Source: a virus. Taken from it: a DNA stretch of 64,000 bases. The translations under genes were made by a program, and so were the position numbers. Location of the stretch: the IMG/VR virus record IMGVR_UViG_3300032893_000002, positions 46,668-110,667 of that record. The stretch is one strand, 5' to 3'. A model generated the notes under the pieces. That model worked only from the letters and a program-made list of their open reading frames with translations. It ran no database searches and was not told where the DNA came from. Every line of letters starts with the position of its first letter. The stretch's first letter is position 1. Positions 18,491-29,056 of the stretch are shown here, piece after piece.

Positions 18491-19312
18491 ATGTTTCAGC
18501 ACAAACTTACCTGTCAAAAGTGCGGCTCTACATGCATCGCTCCGCATAGTAATGGAACTAGATGCAATCAATGTGGTTTTCAGATGAAGGGCATTGTTCC
18601 CGGATTTGAACCCCCTAAATACCTGCCCCGAGAACTTCCCAGAAAACAGAACATTCGCAGAAGTTTATCAGATCAAGATAAAGCTGCTTACAAGCAAACA
18701 TGGGAAACACTTAAACACAGTCGAGTAACGATTCGCGAAGATACTTTAAAGGCAAGCATCGTAATTCCGACATATAAACGGCAGCATTCATTATTTTATA
18801 CGTTGGCCTCGATATTAAGTCAAACATATACGAATTTAGAAATTGTAATTATTGATAACGAAAAGAACAGCAATTACAAATTCAGTAATAAAAGAATCAA
18901 GTATTTTCAACATACTGAAGAGCAAGGCGCTTCATATGCCAGGAATAAAGGATTAGAATATGCAACGGGCGATCTAGTCTGTTTTATGGATGACGATGAT
19001 ATAATGTTGCCAGAATATTTAGAAAAGATGGTTGTTCCATTTAGAAATGTAGAAGTTAAATGTGTAAGCTGTAATATTTTATTGGTAGAAAACGAAATTC
19101 CGCCGCATAAGCACTTCTGCACGCCAACGATTCTCATGCGGCGCGAATATGCTACGCCTACATGGGGAAAAGATGGAGCACATGATAGACATTATTTTAA
19201 TTCAATAATCGAGAAGCTGCCGAAAGAATATTACGTAGAAATTGACGATGTACTTGTTCATGCCTACACAGAGAGTGTTGGAGGATTAAGAGGCGCAGGA
19301 GCGGATTTATGA
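18491..19312 (+). CDS. Family 2 glycosyltransferase with N-terminal zinc ribbon
   Basis: GT2 signature ASIVIPTYKR...EIVIIDNE...CFMDDDD. N-terminal CQKCG...CNQCG. Confidence 0.65.
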   Translation: MFQHKLTCQKCGSTCIAPHSNGTRCNQCGFQMKGIVPGFEPPKYLPRELPRKQNIRRSLSDQDKAAYKQTWETLKHSRVTIREDTLKASIVIPTYKRQHSLFYTLASILSQTYTNLEIVIIDNEKNSNYKFSNKRIKYFQHTEEQGASYARNKGLEYATGDLVCFMDDDDIMLPEYLEKMVVPFRNVEVKCVSCNILLVENEIPPHKHFCTPTILMRREYATPTWGKDGAHDRHYFNSIIEKLPKEYYVEIDDVLVHAYTESVGGLRGAGADL

Positions 19313-19977
19313 TTTCAATAGTTTTCCCAACTAGAAAACGTCCAGATAATTTACGCCGCCTGTACGCTTCGCTACTTGAAACTTCTGTTACTATGCCAGA
19401 ATTAGTTTTATATATCGATTCTGATGACGAAGAAAGCGTTTATGTCGCAAGGGAGTTAGGACTTAATTATGCGCAAGGACCTAGACAAATCCTAGCAAAA
19501 AGTTATAATGATGCAGCTCTTCTTGCCCAAGGTGAAGTTTTGATGTTTGGCGCAGATGATATTGTATTTAGAGAGAAGCAATGGGATGTAAAAGTTTTAG
19601 CAGAATTTGCTAAATTCAAAGATCGAATTGCATTTGTATATAGTAATGATGGCGGGCGAACAGATGAACTTGGAACTCATGGATTTGTGCATAGAAATTG
19701 GGTGAGCACGGTTGGTTATTTACTTCCGCCATATTTTGAAACATGGTATGTAGATAATTGGATAACTGATGTTGCGACTGCTCTTGGAAGACGAATATAT
19801 CTTCCATATATTATTGCCGAGCATATGCACTGGGGATTCGGTAAAGCGCAGAAAGATGAAACATATAATACAGCAGAAGCAAAGCAAGCAGCTGATACGT
19901 CAAGATGGAATGCATTAAAACATAAGAAGTTAGAAGATGTAGAAAAACTTAAAGCTTTTATCGAGGCATATAGATGA
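19309..19977 (+). CDS. GT-A fold glycosyltransferase-like protein (paralog 3)
   Basis: Motifs MISIVFPTRKRPDNLRRL...LVLYIDSDD...GADDIVF...HMH, shared with 452..1165 and 17636..18487. Confidence 0.5.
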   Translation: MISIVFPTRKRPDNLRRLYASLLETSVTMPELVLYIDSDDEESVYVARELGLNYAQGPRQILAKSYNDAALLAQGEVLMFGADDIVFREKQWDVKVLAEFAKFKDRIAFVYSNDGGRTDELGTHGFVHRNWVSTVGYLLPPYFETWYVDNWITDVATALGRRIYLPYIIAEHMHWGFGKAQKDETYNTAEAKQAADTSRWNALKHKKLEDVEKLKAFIEAYR

Positions 19978-20116
19978 ATAAGGAACAAAGAATAGGTCCC
20001 CCAAAGCTTACAGGAAAACGTTTAGAGAGAAATGTTGAACAGTGCTCTCAAAAGCATTTAACTGCACTACCTAAGTACATGAATAAGGAATTTAAAATTA
20101 CATTCGGAGTACCACA

Positions 20117-20455
20117 ATGACTATAGATGTTATTATTGGCGGAGTTCAATACAAAGCCTCGCCGCTCAAACTGAAACATTTAAGACAAATTAGCGAAATG
20201 TTAACTAAAGGCATCACGCCTCCAAAGACTGTATTTGAAGATATTAGTCCTTGGATGCCTTATGTCTTTGAATGTATTCAAGCTAATCATCCTGAATTTG
20301 ATATTAAACTGTTAGAAGAATTAACCGCACAAGATTTTTTCGATATGTGGATAGCAATTGCAAATAATTCGGGTGTAAAACTATCGGGGGAACAGATGCC
20401 GATCCAACAGACTGGGCAGCAATCTACAGTCACCTCTGCTGTTGCGTCGGCTTAA
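20117..20455 (+). CDS. Tail assembly chaperone (lambda G-like), by position
   Basis: 112 aa immediately upstream of the tape measure gene. A -1 frame ORF is open from 20308 through 20748. Confidence 0.45.
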   Translation: MTIDVIIGGVQYKASPLKLKHLRQISEMLTKGITPPKTVFEDISPWMPYVFECIQANHPEFDIKLLEELTAQDFFDMWIAIANNSGVKLSGEQMPIQQTGQQSTVTSAVASA

Positions 20456-20541
20456 GCTATAGAGAGATTGACGAGCATACATTATTTGAAGCTGAAGAAA
20501 TTTGTGAATATTTAGCACAGAATCCCACGCCCGCTCAAATC

Positions 20542-20748
20542 TTGAAAACAGTTCACGGTATTACAACATCGTATACGTCGAAGCGTAAGAGACAGAAAAT
20601 GTCTGAAGAGTTAATGGAGCAAAGACTAAGTGAAGTATCCGGCTCACAAATGGGCGAAGGAGCTTCACCGCTGGATTCGCAGTTTAAAGATAGTATAGCA
20701 TTAGCAGAAGAATTAATGAAGAAAATGAAGATGCAAATCGAGAACTAA
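20542..20748 (+). CDS. Candidate -1 frameshift extension of tail chaperone (GT-like)
   Basis: The frame is -1 relative to 20117..20455 and is open back to 20308, overlapping the G-like ORF by 148 nt. A GGGGGAA run at 20386-20392 lies in the overlap. Confidence 0.35.
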   Translation: MKTVHGITTSYTSKRKRQKMSEELMEQRLSEVSGSQMGEGASPLDSQFKDSIALAEELMKKMKMQIEN

Positions 20749-20752
20749 CGTT

Positions 20753-23700
20753 ATGGAAAATTTAGAGTTCCGAGCTATATTCGATGGATCACAGCCAGTT
20801 GAGGAGATGTCTAAACTTCAGCAGGCATTCAAGGATATGGTGTCTAGCTGGATTGCGGATACAGCGAAAGCTAAAGAAGGCGTAGATTCTCTTAGTACTG
20901 TAGAAGACGGACTGATTCAAGCAATTCGTTCTGCATCTGGATCAGAAGCTGAATTCAAAGAGAACATCGTTGCTGTATTTAATTCGCTCGGCGAGGGCAC
21001 TGCAAAAGTAGCAAGCCTTGGCGCTAACTTTGAAAATCTTGGAACGTATCTAACTTCCGCAGCAAGTTCTGTTGTAGATATAGGCGCTACTCTCTCCGCA
21101 ACAAATGCGAAATTTGGCCAAGGCGCTTTATCAGCAAGCGAGATGGCACTTGCTGTAGGACGATTAAAAGGAGCTGGCGCTGAGTTAGCCGGAGTTCTAA
21201 ATGCAACTAAAGGTGTTACAGCGGAGCAATCTGCCACATTTGATAGAGAAGCGCAATTAGCAAATATTAGTAGTGAAGCACTTGCCAGATTAGCGACTGC
21301 AAATAAAGAAGTAGCTTCAGCCCAAGCAAATAGAAAAGCTAGACAGACAGTTGCTGATGCTGCTGAAAAAACACCGCCAGAAAATCAAATTGTTGCCCAT
21401 CGTGCACTTGCTGCTGCATACAAACAAGAAGAAGAAGCAATACGAGAACGTAATAAGGCAAAAGCAGTAATTAGTCAGCAAGCAGGAACACAAGATAATG
21501 AACTAATCGTTGCGCAAGCCAAAGCAGATGCCTTAGAAGCGACATATGCGAATAAATCTGCTGCATTAGAGAGTGCTAAAGTAACGCAATTAAAGGCGAA
21601 TCAAGCTCTAGCTGAAGGTACAATTTCAGAACAGTATTATGCAGATAAAGTATTGGCTGTTAATAATGCTGTTGAGAGTCGAACTAAAACTCTTAATAAA
21701 TTAATCGAGGCGCAGAGTAGACTTAAAGAGGTAGCTAAAACTACAGCTGCTCCTGCATCATTACCTGTTGTAGAAAATCTTACGGCTCCTACTGTTGCAT
21801 CAGGACTTGGAGCAAAGATTGCAGAAGCAATCCCTCCAGCGCAAACACTAGATCAGTATTTAAATAAAGTCAAAAGAACATTATTCGAGTTACAAACCCA
21901 AGCAAAGCCGATTAATGTAGACGAATATTTCAGTGCGCTACAAAAGCCTGGAGCTTCTGAATTTAAACTTGCAGAAATGTTGCAAGTTCCACGAGAGCAA
22001 CTTGTATCCCAAGTCTCTGCGCTCGGCCGGGAAGCAGGAACTTTCGGCGACGAAAATAAAGCTGTAATTCTTAGCCAAATCAATCAAGCCATTAAAAGCG
22101 TTGGCCTATCTGCAGAAGATACGCAAGTAACGCTGAAAACATTTTTTCAGGGAGTGCGCGAAGGAGCAGCAGATGCTGCATCAGCTGTCAAAACTTTAAA
22201 ACAGACAGTTGAACAGTTTAAAGAAGTTCCGCCGCCAAGCGCAGTCCTACCGCCTCCTCCGAGACCTCCTGCTCCGCCTGCTCCCCCAGCAGGAGGAGGC
22301 GGCGGCGGTGACGATGACGAAGCTAAAAAAGCTGCTGCACTGAAGAAATTAGAGCAGGCGCAGATCGCAGTAGCAGAAGCGACTGCACGTAGACAACAAG
22401 CAGAAAAAGAATGGCAGGGAGTTCCTGAAAATCAACTCGACAAACAAGTAGAGAAAGTTTCAGAATTACAATCTTCTTACCAACAAGAAATTACCGCTCT
22501 GCGTCGTTTGCAAGTTGCGCAATCTGAAGTTCGCGTAACTGAAGCACAACAAGTAACTGCGCTTACAAATGAAGAAGAAGCCCTCGCTAGATTAGAAGGT
22601 ATGTATGCAGCTTTTGGCGAAAAACGCATGGCTGCAGAAAAGAAATATTTACAAGCAAAGATTGACGATGCGCCCAGAACTGAGATTAATCGGGCTGATG
22701 AAGCTGCAACTGCTGCAATCGAACGGCAAGAAGAAGTTCTTGAGCGGATTAAAGCGACTCGCGAAAATATTGCATCACTTAAGACGACTGGAGAATATCC
22801 GCAACGAACTATTACTGCGGAAGATGTTCCTACACCACAAGGAGTATCTAGACCTGAAGGATTTGCACAACAAATTAGAAGTGCCGCTGCTGCCGTAGAA
22901 GAAGCACGTTTGGTTGTAGAACGAGCTCAGCAGCAACAGATAGAATTAGAGAAGAAACTTTCCGCGGCTATTCAGGAACGTATAGAACTTGTTCGTTCTG
23001 CAAATGAAAGATATGGAGATGTAACAGCTGCCAGTTTAACAACGCAGAGTAAAATCTTAGCTGCAACTGATGCGCAGACGAATGCAGAAAAAGCACTTAC
23101 AAATCAAAAGGCAGAAGTTGCTCTAGCACAGAAAAGATTAAATGATCTTGTTATTGGGCAGCGTAATCTTGCAGGTACAACTTTAGGTGAAACAGCTCAA
23201 GTAAAAACAGAACCTACACAAGAAGATGTAGCTGCAAAAGAGCAAAAAGTTTTACAACTTAAGCAGCAGCAGGATATTGCAAGTAGAGCCTCAAAAGCCG
23301 CACTGGAAGAAGCCTCGTTTTTTAAAGGCGGACCAGTAAATTGGACATCAGTTGAATCATACTTAAAATTAGGCGAGGCAAGGGAGCAGCTTGCAGAAAT
23401 CTCAGGTAAGCTTGCTACTGCAGAAACAGAATTAGCTAATGTTCAACAAGCTGTAACAGCTTCCCAGCAGCGACAGGCACAAGTTTCAGATGAAGCTCGC
23501 GCAACAGCAACTCAAGAAGTAACAGCGCTACGAAATAAGATTGCAGCATATACTGATTTAGATAAAGCACAACTAAAAGTATTAGAATCGGCGCGCGAAG
23601 CTGAGCAAGCAAATACAGCTATGCTTCGCTCAGCACAAGGCGCTAGAATTCCCTCAACGAAGGGCGGTGAAATTAGTCCTCGAGTTAGTGGCAGAGAAGG

Positions 23701-26700
23701 ACCTGATTTTAGCAAGCAAGAAGACGTTATAGATGCGTATACAAAACAGAAAGCTGCTTTACAAGAATTAATTGCTGTTAAGGAAAAAGACGGTAATCAA
23801 TACAAAATAACGGCGGAGCAGGTAGAAGCATTAAAGGCAACAGTCACTGATTTGGATGCTGCCTTTGCTAAATCCGCTGCAAATACTGCTAAAGCTGCTT
23901 CAAATGTAGCATACCTAGAACGCGCATATAAAGACGGCGCAATTGGTGTAGAACAATTAGCAAAAGTTGAGAATGCTCAACAATCTGCTGCAGAAAATAC
24001 AATAGCTGTAGTTAAAAGACAGATCAAAATTTTAGAGCAATTGCGAACAGCAATGGCTCAAGAACTAGCGCCAAAAGATGTTACTTCTACGCTTGAAGGA
24101 ACAGATGCCGCAATTGAAAAGATTGTTGCAGATACACAACGAGCTGTTGACGTTACAGAATCATTAAGATCAAAGATTACAGAAGTTCAAGGTAAGTTTG
24201 TAAACGTAGCTCAAGCTGCACAAGTATTTAAAGTTACTTTAGGTGAAGGAACTGGCGAAGTTATTAGCTCAAAATTAACTTCGCAAATTAACGATCTAAA
24301 CAATGCTACGTTAACAACAAAACTGCGTCAAGATGAGCTTAATGATAGATTTAGAGCGTTAGAAAAAGAGGCAGAAAAACTTGGCTTAACAGTTAAACGT
24401 ACAGGACAAGTTTTTGAAATTTTAAAGCAAGCCGAAAAAGACGAAGAACAAGAAGTAGAAAGACAAGCGCAGCAATACGGCTATCTTGGCGGCAGAATGG
24501 GCGCCATGATTGTCGGCATGAACAATTTAGGTTTTGTGTTTGGTATTTTGGGAAGACAGGTTCAGTGGTTAAATAATTTACTTTCCGAACTTTTTCCTCT
24601 TTTATCTATCGGTTTTGCAGTTGATATTATTCAAAATTTAGTTGATAAGTTTACTAAAGCACAAGACGAAATTAGAAAAGTTCAGATCGAGCTTACAGAT
24701 CTTGCAGCTGCGGCTGTTGAATCTGCCCAAGCAATCGAAATTCATAACTTAAAGCTCGAAGATCAACTTCTAAAACTTAGCGGAGGACTTCCTAAAAATC
24801 AGCTTGCAGAAGATCTTTTAGCAGCTAGAAAGGAAGCTGAGCAGTTAACAAAAGCATTAGGTGATAGTTTAGAAAAGTCACTAGAACTCATAGAAAAACA
24901 AGATATTAGCGTTTTTGGATCTGCTCTAAAGGGCGCGCTCTCTTCTATTGGTTTAGGACAAGATCAAGCTCCAACAAGCATTGCTTTTGGGCTTGGTAGT
25001 AAATTTGAAGATGTACAGAATAAAGTTAGATTGGCTTCTAGTGCTGTGAATGAATGGCGAGCAGCAGAGGCACAATTAGATTTAGCTATTGTACAAAAGA
25101 ATGAATCAGCAATAGCTTCTGCCCAGAGTGCTGTAAATGCTTCAAAGGCAGCAATGGAAGAGGCTGTAATTGCAGCAAGAGATGTAGCGGCTAAGGCAAC
25201 AGCAACTGTTGAAGGACAAGTTAGAACTAAGGCTCATGAATTAATGCAGCCGCAAGCAGTTCAGACAGGTGCAGGCCAAGTTACTGTTATGCCGGGGCTG
25301 GCCGAAAAAGAAGCGATGGCGCAAGCTAAAGAATATTATGCCTCACAGCTTGCAGGAGTTCATGCATTAAATGCAGCAGCACAAGGTTATGTTGTAACGC
25401 TTGGCAAAATTCCGGAAGAATTAAAAAGACAAACTCTTGTAGATCAGCAAACATATCGAGTACAGCAATTTAAAGAAGAAGAAAAAGATATTGAACCGCA
25501 GGTAAAAAGCGATGAAAAAGCTGCTGCAGCGCGGCAAGCTGCACAGAAAGAATTCGCTAACTTAGATAAGCAAACGAATGAAGATTTAATTAAACAAAGA
25601 GTTCAAGCTGCAACTGAAGGAGGAGTTCAAGCAGCTAAAGCCGAAGAAGCAGGTGATCGTGCTCGCATTGCAGTTGAAGAAGAATTCTTTCGGCAGATCT
25701 ATGCTATTGAAGATGAAGCTTATACAAGACAGCGTTCTATTCTTGAGTTTAAGAAGGCGCAAGCCGGCAAAAATCCAGATGCAGCAGAGGCTATAAGACA
25801 ACAGAAAGCTATTCAAGATGAAATAAATGCGCTTGATATAAAGCATAATAACGATGTAATTAATCTAGCACAAACTTCCGGTAATCGTGTCATAACACTT
25901 GAATCAGATATTAACAAGCGAATAGCTGAAGAGAAGAAGAAAGCATTAGATAAACAACTAGAGAGTTTTCGTGAATATGTTAAGCGCGAAGAAGAACTAC
26001 TAAAGATTACACAAGATGAAGAAATTCAGGCAGCTACAGCATATGCAGATGATAAGAAACGCGCAGTAGACGATGAAGAACGATTTAATATTGTAACACA
26101 TAAGCAAGCATTAGCAGCACGTTTAGCAATTCTAAACGAAGAACAAAGTGCAATTGCTTCAGCTCTGTCTGCAAGAAAAGCAGGATTGGAATCTCTTGCG
26201 GCAGAAATGCAAAAACGCATTGCGTTAACAAAAGAACAACAAGGTGCAGATGCAGCCGAATTAAAACAGCTTCAAATACAATTGGAAGGAGTATATAGAC
26301 AATATCAAGAAGTAAATAAGCAGTTAGATGAAACTGCCGTTAAGTTCAATAAGTTGAAGTTTGATGAACAGTTAAAAGAATGGCAGAGAATGGAAACTAT
26401 CACATCCGGATTTACGAATTCAACAACGGCCGGATTTGAACAGATGGCTGAGAGTATTTTCTCAGCAAATAAAAGTATTGGCCAAGATTTTGCACAGATG
26501 ATTCATGGCGTAGAACGTAACTTCATTCGCATGGTATTCTCTGTGCTGGAGCAAACGAAACTATTTAGAGGCATCTCTGGATTTTTAACGCATGAATTAG
26601 ATAAGGTATTTCATGTTAAGCAGCCAACACCGCCTGCTCCTGAATTACCTCATGAGACGCCGCGACAAGCAGCAGAGCGCGTTCCTCAATTGCCTCAGCC

Positions 26701-29056
26701 TACTATTGAGAAGCCAGCGGGATATGTAGAACAAGTAGATTTAACAGCAGCAACTAAAGATGCGACTACGGCAGTTAAAGAATTAACAGATGCAATAAAG
26801 AATTTTAAACCTTCGTTTGGGCCTACGCCAACCGGATCTGCATTTAATGCTCCAACTAGTGGAGCTGGCGCAGCGACTTTAGGAGCTTACTCTCCTGCTT
26901 TTCCTGCTCCGCAACTGCCAGGTTCAGTTTGGGAGCTGTTTGGTTCAAATGATAAGCTAGCAGATGCGATTTCTCAGTTTGAAGCTGGTAAAAATCCTAC
27001 CGCAGCTACACGAGCTATTAGAAATAACAATCCTGGCAATCTTAAATATGCGGGCCAGCCTGGTGCTGTACCTGAAACAGAAGAACCAGATGCTTTTGCA
27101 AAATTCCCGACTCCAGAAGCCGGACGAGAAGCATTACTCAGACAACTTAATTCTTTACAAAGACGTTTCCCAGATATTACTCCTGAAGAATTAATTGGAG
27201 GCAATGCTTCGTATTCGGGATATTCGCCAGATAAAGCTAAAGGAAATGCTTCAGGACAAGCCGAAAGTTATGCTGCGTTTTTACGGCGTGAAGCAGGCGG
27301 AGGAGCGGTATCGCCTGTCGCATCGCCTTTAGTTCTTCCGGCTGGTCCATCGTTGCCGATTCCAGGAGAGTTACAATCGCAACCTGCCGTTACACAAGAA
27401 TTACAAAAGTATCTAGATATACTGAGACAAGGTGCTCAAGCTAGACAGCCGCAACAAGGTACTACAGTAACAACAACTACAACAATTTCAGCAAGTCCTA
27501 CTGCGGCTACGACTGGAGCAGCTCCTGCAGGACCAGCGCAAGGCGAAAACTTACCTGTATATGATGAAGGCGGCTATGTTCCCGCTACAGGCGAAGCTAT
27601 TGTTCATGCAGGAGAATGGGTATTAACAGCAGATCAAACAAAGCAAGCATTATCAGGAACTGGCGCAGCGGCACAGCAAACACTTGTTAATGTTCGAATG
27701 GAGTATCAACCTGAAGGATCTCGCGGAGGCGGCGGCGAACCCTCGGCTCCGTCATCCGTAATTATTCAAAATGGATCTGTTCCTGTAACTGTGCAAACAG
27801 TATCACCATTGCAAGTTGCGCTTGCGCCTTCTACTCCAATTCCTGTTTCTGTAGCAGGCGGACAACAGATTCCATTAACTGTATCAGGTGGAACGCCCCC
27901 ATTTGTTGAGGGTCCTGCAACTTCTGTTCCAGCAGGAGCTGCACCAGCAGCTCAGGGACCTTCGGTATTAGGAGCGTATGGCGCGGCAGCTCCTATTGGC
28001 GCTGATTTTGATCCTAAGTTACGGCCTTTGTTTGGCTTTATCGGCCAGCTAGCTAACTTAGGTAATGTATTAGATAAGAATTTACTTAAGCCGCTAACAA
28101 CACCTATTACAGGTGTTGCAACTAGAGCTGCTACATCCACTGTAACGCAAGCCGCTACAGGAGCAGCAACACCAGCAACTTCTGCTGCACAACAAGCAGC
28201 TGAAGTATCGAAGCTGCAATCTATGCAGGCAACAAAGCTTGCATTATATCAGAAAGATGCAGCAGCACATGGTTTAGCTGAGACCCAGAAAACTCTGCAA
28301 ACAACTGCTGGACAGACACAGCAGACTACTGCTACGACTATTGGTTCAACGCAACGAGTAGTAAAGGGGCAAGTAGAAACAACTGCGCATGCAGGACAAC
28401 AAGTACAGCAGACGGCAGCAACAGCCACATCACAAGCAACACAAACTGCTGTAACAAGTCAGAACATTTTTGTACGAATTGCGCGAGGATTGATGGAATT
28501 AATTGCTCATATCTTCCATCAACATGGAAAAGCTGCGGCAACAGTTTCATCACAAACAGAACAGACAGCCGCTACAGCAGGAGGCGAAGCTTCAAGAAAA
28601 GCAACGGAAAGTATCGCAGATATTAGTACGATTGCTGGCGAAGCTGGTGTAGCTGGCGCGGCTGGATTTGCTAGCGTAATGGCTGCATTACCGTTCCCTG
28701 AAAATATTGCAGTTGCTCCTGGTGTTGCTGCAGGAGCATCAGCAGCTACAATGGGATATGCTGGATTAGTTGCCGCTAAGGGCGGATGGGACGTTCCCGG
28801 AGGCCAAGCTGAATATCCGGCTGTTCTGCACGCTCGCGAAATGGTATTGCCTGCGCATATTGCTAACAATATTCGTTCGATGACGAATATTTCATCCGCT
28901 GCTGCAGCAGGTACAGGAAAACCATCAACTGTATTTGGAGGAAATGTGCATTTCAATTTCAATCCGCATATATCATCAAATATGGATCCAGCAAAGATGA
29001 GCGATATGATGTTTAAACAGTTTAAGAGCAGATTGAAGAGTATGGGAGCCTTATAA
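20753..29056 (+). CDS. Tape measure protein (2767 aa)
   Basis: Very large A/E/K/Q-rich coiled-coil protein. Hydrophobic segment GGRMGAMIVGMNNLGFVFGIL. Pro-rich linker. C-terminal NNPGNLKY region. Lies between the chaperones and the tail-tip genes. Confidence 0.85.
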   Translation: MENLEFRAIFDGSQPVEEMSKLQQAFKDMVSSWIADTAKAKEGVDSLSTVEDGLIQAIRSASGSEAEFKENIVAVFNSLGEGTAKVASLGANFENLGTYLTSAASSVVDIGATLSATNAKFGQGALSASEMALAVGRLKGAGAELAGVLNATKGVTAEQSATFDREAQLANISSEALARLATANKEVASAQANRKARQTVADAAEKTPPENQIVAHRALAAAYKQEEEAIRERNKAKAVISQQAGTQDNELIVAQAKADALEATYANKSAALESAKVTQLKANQALAEGTISEQYYADKVLAVNNAVESRTKTLNKLIEAQSRLKEVAKTTAAPASLPVVENLTAPTVASGLGAKIAEAIPPAQTLDQYLNKVKRTLFELQTQAKPINVDEYFSALQKPGASEFKLAEMLQVPREQLVSQVSALGREAGTFGDENKAVILSQINQAIKSVGLSAEDTQVTLKTFFQGVREGAADAASAVKTLKQTVEQFKEVPPPSAVLPPPPRPPAPPAPPAGGGGGGDDDEAKKAAALKKLEQAQIAVAEATARRQQAEKEWQGVPENQLDKQVEKVSELQSSYQQEITALRRLQVAQSEVRVTEAQQVTALTNEEEALARLEGMYAAFGEKRMAAEKKYLQAKIDDAPRTEINRADEAATAAIERQEEVLERIKATRENIASLKTTGEYPQRTITAEDVPTPQGVSRPEGFAQQIRSAAAAVEEARLVVERAQQQQIELEKKLSAAIQERIELVRSANERYGDVTAASLTTQSKILAATDAQTNAEKALTNQKAEVALAQKRLNDLVIGQRNLAGTTLGETAQVKTEPTQEDVAAKEQKVLQLKQQQDIASRASKAALEEASFFKGGPVNWTSVESYLKLGEAREQLAEISGKLATAETELANVQQAVTASQQRQAQVSDEARATATQEVTALRNKIAAYTDLDKAQLKVLESAREAEQANTAMLRSAQGARIPSTKGGEISPRVSGREGPDFSKQEDVIDAYTKQKAALQELIAVKEKDGNQYKITAEQVEALKATVTDLDAAFAKSAANTAKAASNVAYLERAYKDGAIGVEQLAKVENAQQSAAENTIAVVKRQIKILEQLRTAMAQELAPKDVTSTLEGTDAAIEKIVADTQRAVDVTESLRSKITEVQGKFVNVAQAAQVFKVTLGEGTGEVISSKLTSQINDLNNATLTTKLRQDELNDRFRALEKEAEKLGLTVKRTGQVFEILKQAEKDEEQEVERQAQQYGYLGGRMGAMIVGMNNLGFVFGILGRQVQWLNNLLSELFPLLSIGFAVDIIQNLVDKFTKAQDEIRKVQIELTDLAAAAVESAQAIEIHNLKLEDQLLKLSGGLPKNQLAEDLLAARKEAEQLTKALGDSLEKSLELIEKQDISVFGSALKGALSSIGLGQDQAPTSIAFGLGSKFEDVQNKVRLASSAVNEWRAAEAQLDLAIVQKNESAIASAQSAVNASKAAMEEAVIAARDVAAKATATVEGQVRTKAHELMQPQAVQTGAGQVTVMPGLAEKEAMAQAKEYYASQLAGVHALNAAAQGYVVTLGKIPEELKRQTLVDQQTYRVQQFKEEEKDIEPQVKSDEKAAAARQAAQKEFANLDKQTNEDLIKQRVQAATEGGVQAAKAEEAGDRARIAVEEEFFRQIYAIEDEAYTRQRSILEFKKAQAGKNPDAAEAIRQQKAIQDEINALDIKHNNDVINLAQTSGNRVITLESDINKRIAEEKKKALDKQLESFREYVKREEELLKITQDEEIQAATAYADDKKRAVDDEERFNIVTHKQALAARLAILNEEQSAIASALSARKAGLESLAAEMQKRIALTKEQQGADAAELKQLQIQLEGVYRQYQEVNKQLDETAVKFNKLKFDEQLKEWQRMETITSGFTNSTTAGFEQMAESIFSANKSIGQDFAQMIHGVERNFIRMVFSVLEQTKLFRGISGFLTHELDKVFHVKQPTPPAPELPHETPRQAAERVPQLPQPTIEKPAGYVEQVDLTAATKDATTAVKELTDAIKNFKPSFGPTPTGSAFNAPTSGAGAATLGAYSPAFPAPQLPGSVWELFGSNDKLADAISQFEAGKNPTAATRAIRNNNPGNLKYAGQPGAVPETEEPDAFAKFPTPEAGREALLRQLNSLQRRFPDITPEELIGGNASYSGYSPDKAKGNASGQAESYAAFLRREAGGGAVSPVASPLVLPAGPSLPIPGELQSQPAVTQELQKYLDILRQGAQARQPQQGTTVTTTTTISASPTAATTGAAPAGPAQGENLPVYDEGGYVPATGEAIVHAGEWVLTADQTKQALSGTGAAAQQTLVNVRMEYQPEGSRGGGGEPSAPSSVIIQNGSVPVTVQTVSPLQVALAPSTPIPVSVAGGQQIPLTVSGGTPPFVEGPATSVPAGAAPAAQGPSVLGAYGAAAPIGADFDPKLRPLFGFIGQLANLGNVLDKNLLKPLTTPITGVATRAATSTVTQAATGAATPATSAAQQAAEVSKLQSMQATKLALYQKDAAAHGLAETQKTLQTTAGQTQQTTATTIGSTQRVVKGQVETTAHAGQQVQQTAATATSQATQTAVTSQNIFVRIARGLMELIAHIFHQHGKAAATVSSQTEQTAATAGGEASRKATESIADISTIAGEAGVAGAAGFASVMAALPFPENIAVAPGVAAGASAATMGYAGLVAAKGGWDVPGGQAEYPAVLHAREMVLPAHIANNIRSMTNISSAAAAGTGKPSTVFGGNVHFNFNPHISSNMDPAKMSDMMFKQFKSRLKSMGAL

